Assembly (NCBI GenBank): GCA_049297695.1 | Contig: JBAQUT010000036.1 | Location: 986 to 64,985, forward strand | Length of the DNA stretch: 64,000 nucleotides | Direction: 5' to 3' | Origin: Alphaproteobacteria bacterium | GTDB taxonomy: Bacteria > Pseudomonadota > Alphaproteobacteria > UBA2136 > UBA6156 | In this document: positions 9,165 through 18,487 of the stretch, in pieces | How positions within the stretch are numbered: the stretch's first letter is position 1 | Layout: every line of letters starts with the position of its first letter | Notes under the pieces: model-generated | Seen by the model: only the letters and a program-made list of their open reading frames with translations | The model's database searches: none | Told to the model about the DNA's origin: nothing | Position numbers and translations under genes: made by a program

Positions 9165-10592
9165 ATGACCATGCCTATATCTCAACCCGCCGCCGATGCG
9201 GTACTTGAAACCGTTGAAACCATTGAAACGGTTGCCGAAGAAACATCAAACCCATCTGGCTTTGCCGCCTTGGGGTTGGATGCCGCGTTGGTAAACACAT
9301 TGACCGAATTGACCCTGACCACCCCAACCGAAGTGCAAGCCCGCGCCATACCCGCCGTGCTGGATGGCCGCGACGTGATGGCCAGCGCCCCCACAGGTAC
9401 GGGTAAAACCGCCGCGTTTGTGTTGCCCGCCCTTCAACTGTTGCACACCACCCCCGCCCACCCAGAAGGCCACGGCCCCCGCGTGCTGGTGTTAACCCCT
9501 ACGCGGGAGTTGGCCCAACAGGTGGTGGATAATATCCGCAAGCTTGGCCGCGCCGTGCGCCTGAAAAGCGCCGTGGTGGTAGGTGGCGTAACCTACGGCC
9601 CCCAGCTGCAAGCCTTGCGCAACCCGCTGGATTTGCTGGTAGCCACCCCAGGCCGCCTGATTGACCACCTGAACGACGGCAAAGTGGATTTCCGCCGCAT
9701 TGACATGGTGATTTTGGACGAAGCCGACAAAATGTTGGATATGGGTTTTTCCAAGCCTGTGGAGCAATTGCTGCAAGCCATTGAAGACGCTGGCCAGCAA
9801 CCCCAAATGCTGTTGTTCTCGGCCACCTTTACCAAAGCCGTTACAGCCATGGCCGCCCGTGCCCTGCACGAGCCCGTGAAGATTGAACTGGCCAAAGCCA
9901 ACAACGAAAGCGCCAACATTGCGCAAAAGGCCATCCGTGCGGATAGCCAAGAGCACAAGTTGGCCATGCTGAAAGCCATGCTGGAAAAAGGTGATATTGG
10001 CCAAGCCATCGTGTTTAGCGCCACCAAGCACGGGGCCGATAAGTTGGCGGATAAGCTAACCGCAGGCGGTTTCCCCAGTGCTGCCCTGCACGGCGGTATG
10101 AAGCAAAACGCCCGCAGCCGCACGTTGGACCAATTGCACCGCGGCAGCGTGAAGCTGCTGGTAGCCACCGACGTGGCCGCCCGCGGGATTGACGTGAAAG
10201 GCCTAAGCCACGTGATTAACTTTGATATGCCCCAAGTGGCGGAAGACTACGTGCACCGCATTGGCCGCACTGGCCGCGCGGGCGAAACGGGGATTGCCAT
10301 TAGCTTGGTAGCCCCCAGCGACGTGCCCATGCTGCGGGATATTGAAAAACTGCTGAAAAAACCCATGGAACTGGCTAGCATGGAAGGCTTTGAACCCAAA
10401 ACCGACGAGTTGGACTTTTTGCGTGCCGGTGCTGCGGCTCCCCGTAGCCGTCGTGGCCAAGGGCGCACAGGCGTGGGTGGTGGTGCAGGCCGTGGCGGCC
10501 CGCGCCGCGATGGTGGCAGCTTCGGCGGCGGCCGTGGCCGTTCTGGCGGTGGCGAACGTTCGGGCGGTGGTAGCCGTCCACGCCGTTACTAG
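9165..10592 (+). CDS. rhlE: DEAD-box ATP-dependent RNA helicase (RhlE-like) with Gly/Arg-rich C-terminal tail
   Basis: AAGGAG RBS 8 nt upstream; APTGTGKT, DEAD, SAT, HRIGRTGR motifs. Confidence 0.85.
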   Translation: MTMPISQPAADAVLETVETIETVAEETSNPSGFAALGLDAALVNTLTELTLTTPTEVQARAIPAVLDGRDVMASAPTGTGKTAAFVLPALQLLHTTPAHPEGHGPRVLVLTPTRELAQQVVDNIRKLGRAVRLKSAVVVGGVTYGPQLQALRNPLDLLVATPGRLIDHLNDGKVDFRRIDMVILDEADKMLDMGFSKPVEQLLQAIEDAGQQPQMLLFSATFTKAVTAMAARALHEPVKIELAKANNESANIAQKAIRADSQEHKLAMLKAMLEKGDIGQAIVFSATKHGADKLADKLTAGGFPSAALHGGMKQNARSRTLDQLHRGSVKLLVATDVAARGIDVKGLSHVINFDMPQVAEDYVHRIGRTGRAGETGIAISLVAPSDVPMLRDIEKLLKKPMELASMEGFEPKTDELDFLRAGAAAPRSRRGQGRTGVGGGAGRGGPRRDGGSFGGGRGRSGGGERSGGGSRPRRY

Positions 10593-10603
10593 AATGTACG
10601 TTC

Positions 10604-10634
10604 AAAAAAAGGAGCCTTGTGGCTCCTTTTTTTA
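10604..10634. terminator. Rho-independent, bidirectional terminator
   Basis: AAAAAAA GGAGCC TTGT GGCTCC TTTTTTT. Confidence 0.7.
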
Positions 10635-10644
10635 TTTGGAACAG

Positions 10645-10857
10645 TTATTTTTTCAGCGGGCAGGTGTTCATGCCAACCAAAGGGTACAAGGGGCAAAAGC
10701 CTAAAAGGGCTGTTGCCACCATCACAAGGGCTACCACCACGGCCAAGGTGGCCAGCAACCCGCCCACCACGCCTGTGGCGGCCAGAACTACGAGAATCAG
10801 GGCAACAGCCAAACGGATGGCACGGTCGGTGGTGCCGACATTGGGGGATAGGTTCAT
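10645..10857 (-). CDS. DUF2892-family small membrane protein (YgaP-like)
   Basis: MNLSPNVGTTDRAIRLAV...GFCPLYPLVGMNTCP; internal ATG 10857 with AGGAGACC RBS. Confidence 0.5.
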   Translation of the reverse strand: MNLSPNVGTTDRAIRLAVALILVVLAATGVVGGLLATLAVVVALVMVATALLGFCPLYPLVGMNTCPLKK

Positions 10858-10987
10858 GGGAGGTCTCCTTGTTGGTTTCAGTTTATGATAGGCTGAGTGA
10901 TCAGCGCGTTGCTTGATGACGGTCAAGAGGATGTTGACGGGGCGAGCCTCTCCGCGCAATCTGAACACACCAACAGAAAGAAGAACC

Positions 10988-11395
10988 ATGAGCATGCTGA
11001 TACCCTACGTTGCAGGCGTGATAACCCTGATTGTGGGCGATTTGCTGTGGCTGGGGGTACTTATGCGCCCGTTTTACATGGAAAAACTGGCCCACCTGAT
11101 GGCACCAACCGTGGTGTGGTGGGCAGCAGGCGCATTTTATATCGCCTACACCTTTGCCGTGTGGTGGTTTGTGGTGGCTCCGTGGGCGGGTAAGGGGATT
11201 GGTTTGCTCCCCTTGGCGCTGCAAGGCGCCCTGTTTGGGGCTTTGGCCTACGCGGTGTACGACCTGACCAACCAAGCCACCCTGCGGGATTGGCCTGTAG
11301 CCGTAACCGTGGTGGATATGGCCTGGGGCGCCTTTTTAACCATGCTGGTGGCGCTGGCCATGGCCATTGTCATGGAATATATGGTGCAGCGGTGA
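10988..11395 (+). CDS. DUF2177-family membrane protein
   Basis: Polytopic hydrophobic 136-aa ORF MSMLIPYVAGVITLIVGDLLWLG... Confidence 0.5.
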   Translation: MSMLIPYVAGVITLIVGDLLWLGVLMRPFYMEKLAHLMAPTVVWWAAGAFYIAYTFAVWWFVVAPWAGKGIGLLPLALQGALFGALAYAVYDLTNQATLRDWPVAVTVVDMAWGAFLTMLVALAMAIVMEYMVQR

Positions 11396-11538
11396 GAGAT
11401 ATTGAGTAATACAAGGACAAGATTAAGGCTATTTTGAGTACGCTTCGCGTTGGGAAGCCTTTTCTGCAACGCCCTCCGCGCGTTGCAGTCGAACGCGCTC
11501 AGAGGCGCGATTCATATCGTGTTACCTACCTCGTTTTG

Positions 11539-11575
11539 AATAAAATAAGGGGCGCAGAGGCCCCTTATTTTATTC
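11539..11575. terminator. Bidirectional Rho-independent terminator
   Basis: AATAAAATAAGGGGC GCAGA GCCCCTTATTTTATT. Confidence 0.6.
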
Positions 11576-11583
11576 AAAAACCA

Positions 11584-11671
11584 TGGCGGGTAGGACAAGA
11601 TTCGAACTTGCGAGGAGTTGCCCCCTACACGCTTTCCAAGCGTGCGCCTTCGACCACTCGGCCACCTACCC
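11584..11671 (-). tRNA. tRNA-Ser (GGA), long variable arm
   Basis: Minus-strand GGGTAGGTGGCCGAGTGG...anticodon loop TTGGAAA...CCTACCCGCCA. Confidence 0.8.
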
Positions 11672-11722
11672 GTGAGGTGGCTTCTAGCAAGAATACCGCT
11701 CCACGGCAAGAGCTAACGCACG

Positions 11723-12751
11723 TTACTGCGGCAAGCCTTTCAGCACCTTCAGCAACGGCGTGTTGAGGGCTTCCGTTCCCACCGAAATACGCCAATAGGT
11801 GCCGTGGTCTTTGCGGATGGTGACCACTGGGAGTGTTGGCAGAATGGCGGATAATGCGGCATCGGCGGCCTCTGTTAGCTTGGTCAGCACCATGTTGGCT
11901 TGGGAGTGGAACACTTTGACGTGGGGCAGGGAGGTAAGTTCGGTAATGATACGCTCCCGCTCGGATATCACCTGTTGGGCTGTGGTTTTGTAGTAATCTT
12001 GGGCGTCCAGCGCGGCAAGGCACATGGCTTCCGCAATGCGGCAAAAGCCCAAAAACGGAGGTTGGTAGTGCAACAGGTTAATCACGTTGCTGCCGCACAG
12101 GGCGTAACCCATACGAAGCCCTGCCAACCCATAGTATTTGGAGAACGTGCGGGCTAAAATCAGGTTGGGCGTTTGGTGGAGGATGTCCAGCATGGCCTGC
12201 TCGTTGTAGGTGGTGTCAAAGCCCCAGTAGGCTTCGTCCAAAATCACCAAGGTTTCAGGGCCGACGTTTTTCAAAATCCGTTGCAGGTCGTCAATGGATA
12301 ACACGTTGCCCGTAGGGTTGTTGGGCGAGGTGAGCAACAGCAAGCGGGGGTTCAACGCCTTCAACTGGCGAATGCAGTCTTCCACATCAAACGTAAAGCT
12401 GGTGTCCCCTTCGTGCATAGCAAAGGTGGCCAGCTCCACGTTGCGGTGCTTCAGGGCAAAGGTGTAGTAGCGGTAGCGGTAGTATTGGGTAAGCACGGTT
12501 TCGCCGGGTTTCAGCCAGTTAAAAATGTGCTCCAGCAAGCCTTCCGCCCCGCTGCTGATGATAATGTTCTGCGCGGCCAAGCCGTAGCGCTGGGCCAGCA
12601 CGGGCACCAGCGTGCTGCCGTAGTAGCCATCGGGGTACGAAAACACTTTCTCGGTGGGGAACGTGCGCATCACCTGCAAACATTCCGGTGCAGGGCCTTG
12701 GATGAGTTCGTTACGGTCGTGGATGATTTGGGTGGGGTTTGTGTGGTTCAT
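11723..12751 (-). CDS. class I/II pyridoxal-phosphate aminotransferase (histidinol-phosphate aminotransferase family)
   Basis: SPNNPTG and FSKYYGLAGLRMGY motifs. Confidence 0.7.
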   Translation of the reverse strand: MNHTNPTQIIHDRNELIQGPAPECLQVMRTFPTEKVFSYPDGYYGSTLVPVLAQRYGLAAQNIIISSGAEGLLEHIFNWLKPGETVLTQYYRYRYYTFALKHRNVELATFAMHEGDTSFTFDVEDCIRQLKALNPRLLLLTSPNNPTGNVLSIDDLQRILKNVGPETLVILDEAYWGFDTTYNEQAMLDILHQTPNLILARTFSKYYGLAGLRMGYALCGSNVINLLHYQPPFLGFCRIAEAMCLAALDAQDYYKTTAQQVISERERIITELTSLPHVKVFHSQANMVLTKLTEAADAALSAILPTLPVVTIRKDHGTYWRISVGTEALNTPLLKVLKGLPQ

Positions 12752-12967
12752 GGTACGAGTATCTTTGTTGGGTGGTTTTTAATAAAGGGTGGCAGGTAAG
12801 GGGGGGGAAATAAACAGCCGTTAGGCCGCCGCAGCCAACGCCGCTGCGGCAGCTGCAAAGGCGGCGGCGGGCAGGGCAAAGGGTTTCATCATGCAATCAC
12901 CCTGCCGTGGGCTGGCGGGGCTTGTCAAGAGGCTTGACGGAAAACCCCGCACACCCCACGGTGGGGT

Positions 12968-13807
12968 ATGTATTCGTACCAACACGGTTATCATGCGGGC
13001 GGGCTGGCGGATGTGGTGAAGCACACCCTGCTGGGCCTTGTGTTGCAGCGCATGGCGGCCAAAGCGGGGCAGGTGCAGTATTTTGAAACCCATGCGGGCC
13101 GCGGCGTGTACCCCCTGGCCATGCGGGAAATGAACAAAACGGCGGAGTATGTGCACGGGTTACAAAAGGTGTGGCCGTTCCGCGCCAAAGCCCCCGCCGC
13201 GTTGGTGCCGTGGCTGGAGGCCGTGGGGGCGTTGAACCCCAAAGGCGATGTAACCCGTTACCCTGGCTCTCCCGCCGTGGCTGCCGCCTTGCTGCGGGAG
13301 GGCGATGCCCTGCACCTGTGCGAAGGCCACCCGCAAGAGTTTGCGGCGCTAGAAGATGCCTTGGGGGCCGATGCCCGCGTGCATGTTTACAAAACCGATG
13401 GCCCGCGCCGTGTGCCGACGTTGCTGCCTTCCACCGGCACCCGCACCGTGGTGCTGATAGACCCTAGCTACGAGGTAAAAACCGAATATGCGGCTACCGT
13501 GAACACCGTCAAAGCCATACTGAAGCGCAACCCCAAAGCCGTGGTGTTGGTGTGGTACCCCCTGTTGCCAGATGCCCGCCACACGCCTTTGGTGGAGGGC
13601 CTTGCCGCCTTAAAGATATCCGCCACGTACAAGGCGGAACTGACGTGGGCCGCCCCTTCCGACCGTGGAGCCTACGGCACGGGGCAAGTGATACTCAACC
13701 TGCCTTACCAGCTTGAAACCGACATGGCCCAAGCCTTGAACTGGCTGCTGCCCGTGCTAAGCCACGATGGGTCGGTGGAGATGGGGTTTGTGCACCCACC
13801 TGCATAA
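12968..13807 (+). CDS. rlmJ: 23S rRNA (adenine2030-N6)-methyltransferase RlmJ
   Basis: YSYQHGYHAGGLADVVKH N-terminus typical of RlmJ; 279 aa. Confidence 0.7.
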   Translation: MYSYQHGYHAGGLADVVKHTLLGLVLQRMAAKAGQVQYFETHAGRGVYPLAMREMNKTAEYVHGLQKVWPFRAKAPAALVPWLEAVGALNPKGDVTRYPGSPAVAAALLREGDALHLCEGHPQEFAALEDALGADARVHVYKTDGPRRVPTLLPSTGTRTVVLIDPSYEVKTEYAATVNTVKAILKRNPKAVVLVWYPLLPDARHTPLVEGLAALKISATYKAELTWAAPSDRGAYGTGQVILNLPYQLETDMAQALNWLLPVLSHDGSVEMGFVHPPA

Positions 13808-13861
13808 GGCTTGATTTAGGTCAGTTTTGCTTCTACGGTAGTTAGAAATTGGAGAAATTTT

Positions 13862-14347
13862 ATGAGTGATATTGGTTCGTTTATGTTTGGAGTAGGAGCA
13901 TTGATCGTGCGTCCAGATGGGCGTGTTTTAGTTTTGAAGCGAGCATCAAATGTTTCTGATTGGAATGTAGAAAAATGGGAGCTTGTTTATGGCCGTAAAG
14001 CCCAGCTAGAGGAGATAGAGGATTGTGTGCGGCGTGAGATTTTAGAAGAGACAGGTATAGTTGATGTTGAAATTATAAGGGCTCTTAGATCATGGCATTT
14101 TTTTAGGGGAGATAAAGTAGCTGAATCTGAGATTTTAGGGATGACTTTTTTGTGTCGTACAACAACGCTCGAACCAAAGTTGAGTCGAGAACATACTGAT
14201 TATCGCTGGGCAACACCAGAAGAAGCGTTAAATTTGATTGAGGTTAAAGGAATACGTTTGGATGTTGAATGTTATCGTGATGCACGCATGGCGTTGGTAC
14301 TATCAGGTACTCATGAGACGCTTTGGTTAGATGGGACAAAACGTTAA
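13862..14347 (+). CDS. NUDIX hydrolase, low-GC (~40%) gene
   Basis: Nudix box GRKAQLEEIEDCVRREILEETGI (GX5EX7REUXEEXGU). Confidence 0.7.
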   Translation: MSDIGSFMFGVGALIVRPDGRVLVLKRASNVSDWNVEKWELVYGRKAQLEEIEDCVRREILEETGIVDVEIIRALRSWHFFRGDKVAESEILGMTFLCRTTTLEPKLSREHTDYRWATPEEALNLIEVKGIRLDVECYRDARMALVLSGTHETLWLDGTKR

Positions 14348-15285
14348 TGCACCGTAAACTTGCCGCCTTAACCCTTCTGCTCACCTACCTCACCATCGTG
14401 TTAGGGGCCGCCACCCGCGTGTGGGATGCAGGCATGAGCTGCCCCGATTGGCCCACCTGTTACGGGGTGTGGAATCCGTTTCACCCTGATGCCATGCCCG
14501 TGGGCGGGTATGTGGTGAACGGCATGGTTTACACCGTGCATCAAGTGGCCTTGGAATGGACGCACCGCCTGTGCGCTGCCTTGGTAGGCTTTGGGTTGAT
14601 AGGCCTTTTGGTAGGCGCCGTGCGGCAAGGGCGGAACCATCCGTGGTTGCCGTTAAGCGCCGCGTTTGTGTTGTTGGCCTTGCAGGTGAAACTTGGTGCT
14701 TTAACGGTTTGGATGAACAATGTGAACTGGAGCGTGGCGATCCATTTGGGCAACGCCATGCTGATGTTTGGCGCGTTGGCATGGTATAGCCGCACCTTGC
14801 GGGCAGGGCAGGGGCCGTTCAAGGCGCCTGCGGTGAGCAGCCTGTGCAAAGCGTTGGTGGTGGTGCTGCCCGTGGCGGTGTTGGCCACCATGATGCTAGG
14901 GGCGTATGTGAGCAGCAGCCACGCAGGCGGGGTATGCGGCGGGTTGTTCAGTTGTGCGGGCAACTGGATGCCCAGCGATATAGACCAACTGGTGCACATG
15001 AAGCACCGCTACATGGCCTTGGCCACCGTGGTGCTGGCGGTGGCGTTGCGGTTGGTGGCATCCAACCAGCCATCCCCCATGCCCCATGCGGCGCGGGCGC
15101 TGGATGGCATGGTGCTGGGCCAAGTGGCCTTAGGCATTGCCACGTTGTACAGTTTTGAGCATTACGCCCAGCATTACCAGTGGCTCAGTTTGGGCCACTT
15201 GGCGTGGGGCACGCTGGTGTGGCTGGTGGCGGTGGGTACGGCCATGAACCTCTATTATGGTCATGCAGGGCGCGCCCATGGCTAA
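14347..15285 (+). CDS. ctaA: heme A synthase (CtaA/COX15)
   Basis: MHRKLAALTLLLTYLTIVLGAATRVWDAGMSCPDWPTCYG; start overlaps the NUDIX stop (TAATG). Confidence 0.8.
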   Translation: MHRKLAALTLLLTYLTIVLGAATRVWDAGMSCPDWPTCYGVWNPFHPDAMPVGGYVVNGMVYTVHQVALEWTHRLCAALVGFGLIGLLVGAVRQGRNHPWLPLSAAFVLLALQVKLGALTVWMNNVNWSVAIHLGNAMLMFGALAWYSRTLRAGQGPFKAPAVSSLCKALVVVLPVAVLATMMLGAYVSSSHAGGVCGGLFSCAGNWMPSDIDQLVHMKHRYMALATVVLAVALRLVASNQPSPMPHAARALDGMVLGQVALGIATLYSFEHYAQHYQWLSLGHLAWGTLVWLVAVGTAMNLYYGHAGRAHG

Positions 15286-16165
15286 CGTGCGGGATATCAT
15301 CGCCCTTGCCAAACCTCGCATCATTGTGTTGCTGGCAATTACATGCTTGGCAGGCAGTTTGGTGGCCGCCAAAGGCAATTGGGAGCTGTTGGCATGGCGG
15401 GCGGATGCCGTGGTGTGGGGCTTGCTGGGCTTGGTGCTTTCGGCCAGCGGCGCCAACATGCTGAACATGTGGTTTGACCGCGATATCGACCCGTTGATGA
15501 AGCGCACCCGCACGCGGCCGATTCCTGCGGGTCGCATGGCGCCTGCCACGGTGTTGGTGTTGGGGGTAACAACGTTGGTTTTGGGTGGGCTTGCGGCCAG
15601 CATGGCGAATATGCTGACCGCCGCCATGGCCTTGGCGGGCGGGCTGTTTTACGTGCTGGTTTACACCATGGTTCTGAAGCGGAACACGGTGCAAAACATT
15701 GTGATTGGCGGGGCGGCGGGGGCCTTCCCTCCCGTGGTGGGGTGGGCAGCGGTGCAGGGGGATGCAAGCACGCTTTTGCCGTGGCTGATGTTCGGGGTGG
15801 TTTTTTTATGGACGCCCCCGCACTTTTGGGCGCTGGCCCTGATGGCCAACACCGATTACACCAAGGCAGGCGTGCCCATGTACCCCGTGGTGTACGGCGA
15901 AGCCGCCACGCGGATTGCCATGATGCGCTACCTGTGGGTGCTGGTGGCGTTTACCTTGCTGGGCGGATTGTTGCCGCCCTTGGGCTGGCTGTACACCTGT
16001 GCGGCGCTGGGGTTGGGCCTGTGGTGGGGTATGGCCTGTTACCGCTTGTTGCATGCACCTCAACCAACATCTGAGAACATGCAGCCTGCACGGCTAGTGT
16101 TCATCCGCTCGCTGTACTATTTGGCCTTGCTGTTTGCAGCCATGGTGGGGGATAGTTGGTATTAA
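15278..16165 (+). CDS. ctaB: protoheme IX farnesyltransferase (heme O synthase)
   Basis: UbiA-family motifs NMWFDRDIDPLMKRTRTRPIPAG. Confidence 0.85.
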   Translation: MANVRDIIALAKPRIIVLLAITCLAGSLVAAKGNWELLAWRADAVVWGLLGLVLSASGANMLNMWFDRDIDPLMKRTRTRPIPAGRMAPATVLVLGVTTLVLGGLAASMANMLTAAMALAGGLFYVLVYTMVLKRNTVQNIVIGGAAGAFPPVVGWAAVQGDASTLLPWLMFGVVFLWTPPHFWALALMANTDYTKAGVPMYPVVYGEAATRIAMMRYLWVLVAFTLLGGLLPPLGWLYTCAALGLGLWWGMACYRLLHAPQPTSENMQPARLVFIRSLYYLALLFAAMVGDSWY

Positions 16166-16506
16166 AGGCCCAAGGTTCGCATTTCGTTTTCTGACATAGG
16201 AGGCAGTATGTGCTGATGTGGTTTATGGATACCGCTGTTCTTCAGAGGTTGAAAGGTAAGTCTAAACCCTGAATCATTCGCATGTTCAGGGCAACGGATG
16301 ACATCGTCTTTATCGGGAGAAATATCATCCTCACGCGTGAGTCCGTGAAAGTGTTCTAATTTACTGTGGGTTGAATCTTCAACAAGATACGTCCCAGACT
16401 GAAGGGCTGTAAGAGTAGTATAGGCATCACACGTTGAGCGCCATATGGTGTGAACATAAAGCTCACAGCCAACAACGCGTAGGATACAAGATTGTGTTTC
16501 ATCCAT
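16162..16506 (-). CDS. hypothetical protein, low-GC (~45%) insertion between ctaB and cox11
   Basis: 114-aa ORF; 4-bp convergent overlap with the ctaB stop. Confidence 0.4.
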   Translation of the reverse strand: MDETQSCILRVVGCELYVHTIWRSTCDAYTTLTALQSGTYLVEDSTHSKLEHFHGLTREDDISPDKDDVIRCPEHANDSGFRLTFQPLKNSGIHKPHQHILPPMSENEMRTLGL

Positions 16507-16541
16507 TTACTTATCTCCCTTATAAGGATAAATAAGTTGTA

Positions 16542-17114
16542 ATGACAAAAAATACAAGACTTCTGTTGATTTTACTTACTTTTAGCGCTGCCATGCTGGG
16601 GGTATCCTTCGCGTTTGTGCCGTTTTACAAAGTGTTTTGCCAGGCGTTTGGCATCCCGCTGCCCAGCGTGGAGGTAAGTGCCCAGCTATCCGCCCCCAAA
16701 CCCATCACCACCACCAGCAACCGCTACTTAACGGTACGGTTTACGGGCAACAGCGACAGCACCATGCCCGTAACCCTGAAGCCCGTAAGTTACAGCCTGC
16801 GGGTGAAGTTGGGCGAGCCTGTGCTGACCGCCTACCATGCCCAAAGCAACAGCGATAAAGCGTTGGATGGCGTGGCCGTGCACATGCTGGTGGCCATGGG
16901 AGGGCCGGAGAACACGAACATCAACAAGTACGTGGAGCTTCAGCAGTGTTTTTGTTTTGAAGAGCAACATTACCCCGCCCGTAAAAACATAACCCTGCCG
17001 CTCAGTTTTACCGTAACACCAGATTTACCCGCCGCCGTGCACACCATCAACTTCAACTACACGTTGTTCCCCGCCACCAACGTGCCCGAAAATATGAAAA
17101 CCAAACCCCAATGA
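16542..17114 (+). CDS. ctaG: cytochrome c oxidase assembly protein CtaG/Cox11
   Basis: N-terminal TM, FVPFYKVFCQAFG, CFCFEEQ copper-binding motif. Confidence 0.8.
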   Translation: MTKNTRLLLILLTFSAAMLGVSFAFVPFYKVFCQAFGIPLPSVEVSAQLSAPKPITTTSNRYLTVRFTGNSDSTMPVTLKPVSYSLRVKLGEPVLTAYHAQSNSDKALDGVAVHMLVAMGGPENTNINKYVELQQCFCFEEQHYPARKNITLPLSFTVTPDLPAAVHTINFNYTLFPATNVPENMKTKPQ

Positions 17115-17965
17115 AGCGCATTGCGGCCTTGCTGGTTGGTATGCTGGTCAGCGTGTATGTGGTGGGGGGTGTATGGCTGTATGCCACGCAGGATGCCGTT
17201 ATTTTCCCCCAAATGGTGAACAGCATCCAACCGCCGGATTTTGATAACCCAGCTGGCTTGGAATACCTGACGTTGCACACGCCGGATGGTGCCACGCTGA
17301 ACGGCTTGGGCTTCAACACGGCGGCAGGGCAGGGGAATTCCTCCTCCACGCCACACCCCACCACGCTGGTGCTGGCCTTTGGCGGCAACGCCCACGATGT
17401 GACGGGCATGGTGCGGTTTTTACACCGGGATGTGTTTCCTGAAGCCACCGTGGCCGTAGCAGGGCTAAGTTACCGCGGCTACCTCAACGCCTTGGGCCGC
17501 CCCAGCACGGGCACGCCCAGCCAAAGGGCTTTGCAGGCCGATGCCGTGCAGCTGTACGACACGCTGGTGGCCCGGCTGAAACCCACCAAAGTGGTGGTGG
17601 TGGGGTATTCCCTGGGCAGCGCCGTAGGGGCCTATGTGGCGCGGTGGCGCACGGTGGAGAGTCTGATACTGGCCGCCCCCTTTGCCAGCATCACCGCCTT
17701 GGCCCAAGCTGAATACCGCATTTACCCCGCGAGTCTGATGGTGCTTCACCCGTTTGATACGGCCAGCTTGTTGGCCAACATATCCAGCCACATCAGCGTT
17801 GTGTACTCCCCGCAAGATGGCCTGATACCCCCCACTCACCCGTTCCTGCTGCAAACGGCCAACCCGAAGGCCCAACTTATTCCGCTTAACCCTGCCGTGC
17901 CCCACGGGGATGTGCTGGACCACCCCACCATCCCCGCCTTGTTCCGTACGGCGGCGGGGATGTAA
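17111..17965 (+). CDS. alpha/beta hydrolase
   Basis: GYSLGSAVG (GxSxG) nucleophile elbow; N-terminal TM. Confidence 0.6.
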   Translation: MKRIAALLVGMLVSVYVVGGVWLYATQDAVIFPQMVNSIQPPDFDNPAGLEYLTLHTPDGATLNGLGFNTAAGQGNSSSTPHPTTLVLAFGGNAHDVTGMVRFLHRDVFPEATVAVAGLSYRGYLNALGRPSTGTPSQRALQADAVQLYDTLVARLKPTKVVVVGYSLGSAVGAYVARWRTVESLILAAPFASITALAQAEYRIYPASLMVLHPFDTASLLANISSHISVVYSPQDGLIPPTHPFLLQTANPKAQLIPLNPAVPHGDVLDHPTIPALFRTAAGM

Positions 17966-18043
17966 CCCTGTTTTATTCTTGAAACAGCTTTATAAGCTTA
18001 CACCTGAATCGGGAGCGACACCCCCCAACCGACCGCCTTTGTT

Positions 18044-18063
18044 ATCCCCGCGTAGGCGGGGAT
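18044..18063. repeat. GC-rich REP-like hairpin (ATCCCCGC GTAG GCGGGGAT)
   Basis: Perfect 8-bp stem; near-identical copy at 8947. Confidence 0.4.
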
Positions 18064-18164
18064 CTTCTATCCCCCCTTGATTTTTTAAAAAATGGCGCTA
18101 TGTATAAATCTCCAGCATCCCGCTGGTTATAGGGAACTCCGTTGAAAAACGGGGGAGTTAAAAC

Positions 18165-18350
18165 ATGAACGTTTCGCAGATTCAAGAAGTTCGTCGAGGT
18201 TCTCCTGAGGAGAGTGCTTTGGCTCACCTGAATGAGGTGGATGAAAGGCTTGCTAACTGCAAGTCGGAAGTCCAAGCTCAAAAACTCCGGAAACGGAGGA
18301 AGGGTTTGTTGAAGGACTTGACCCGGAAGGGGATTCTCGCTCAGAACTGA
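18165..18350 (+). CDS. small basic protein (DUF465/YdcH-like?)
   Basis: 61-aa ORF ending ...LRKRRKGLLKDLTRKGIL; reduced GC. Confidence 0.35.
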   Translation: MNVSQIQEVRRGSPEESALAHLNEVDERLANCKSEVQAQKLRKRRKGLLKDLTRKGILAQN

Positions 18351-18487
18351 GCGAAACGGGCAATGCCCGGGGGAAAAGGTCGCGTCAGCGGCCTTTTTTC
18401 GTTTGTGGATAACTCCCCCCCTTATCCCCAGCCCCTGTGCACCCAATCCGCTTGGGTTGGGCGCCAACATGGGCTAGGGTAGGCCCC

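Noticed and set aside
12821-13156. 111-aa minus-strand ORF as a whole
   Set aside because: Most of it is antisense to rlmJ, with an Arg/His-rich off-frame. Only its last 23 codons (the Ala-rich peptide) lie in intergenic DNA and were kept as a low-confidence finding.
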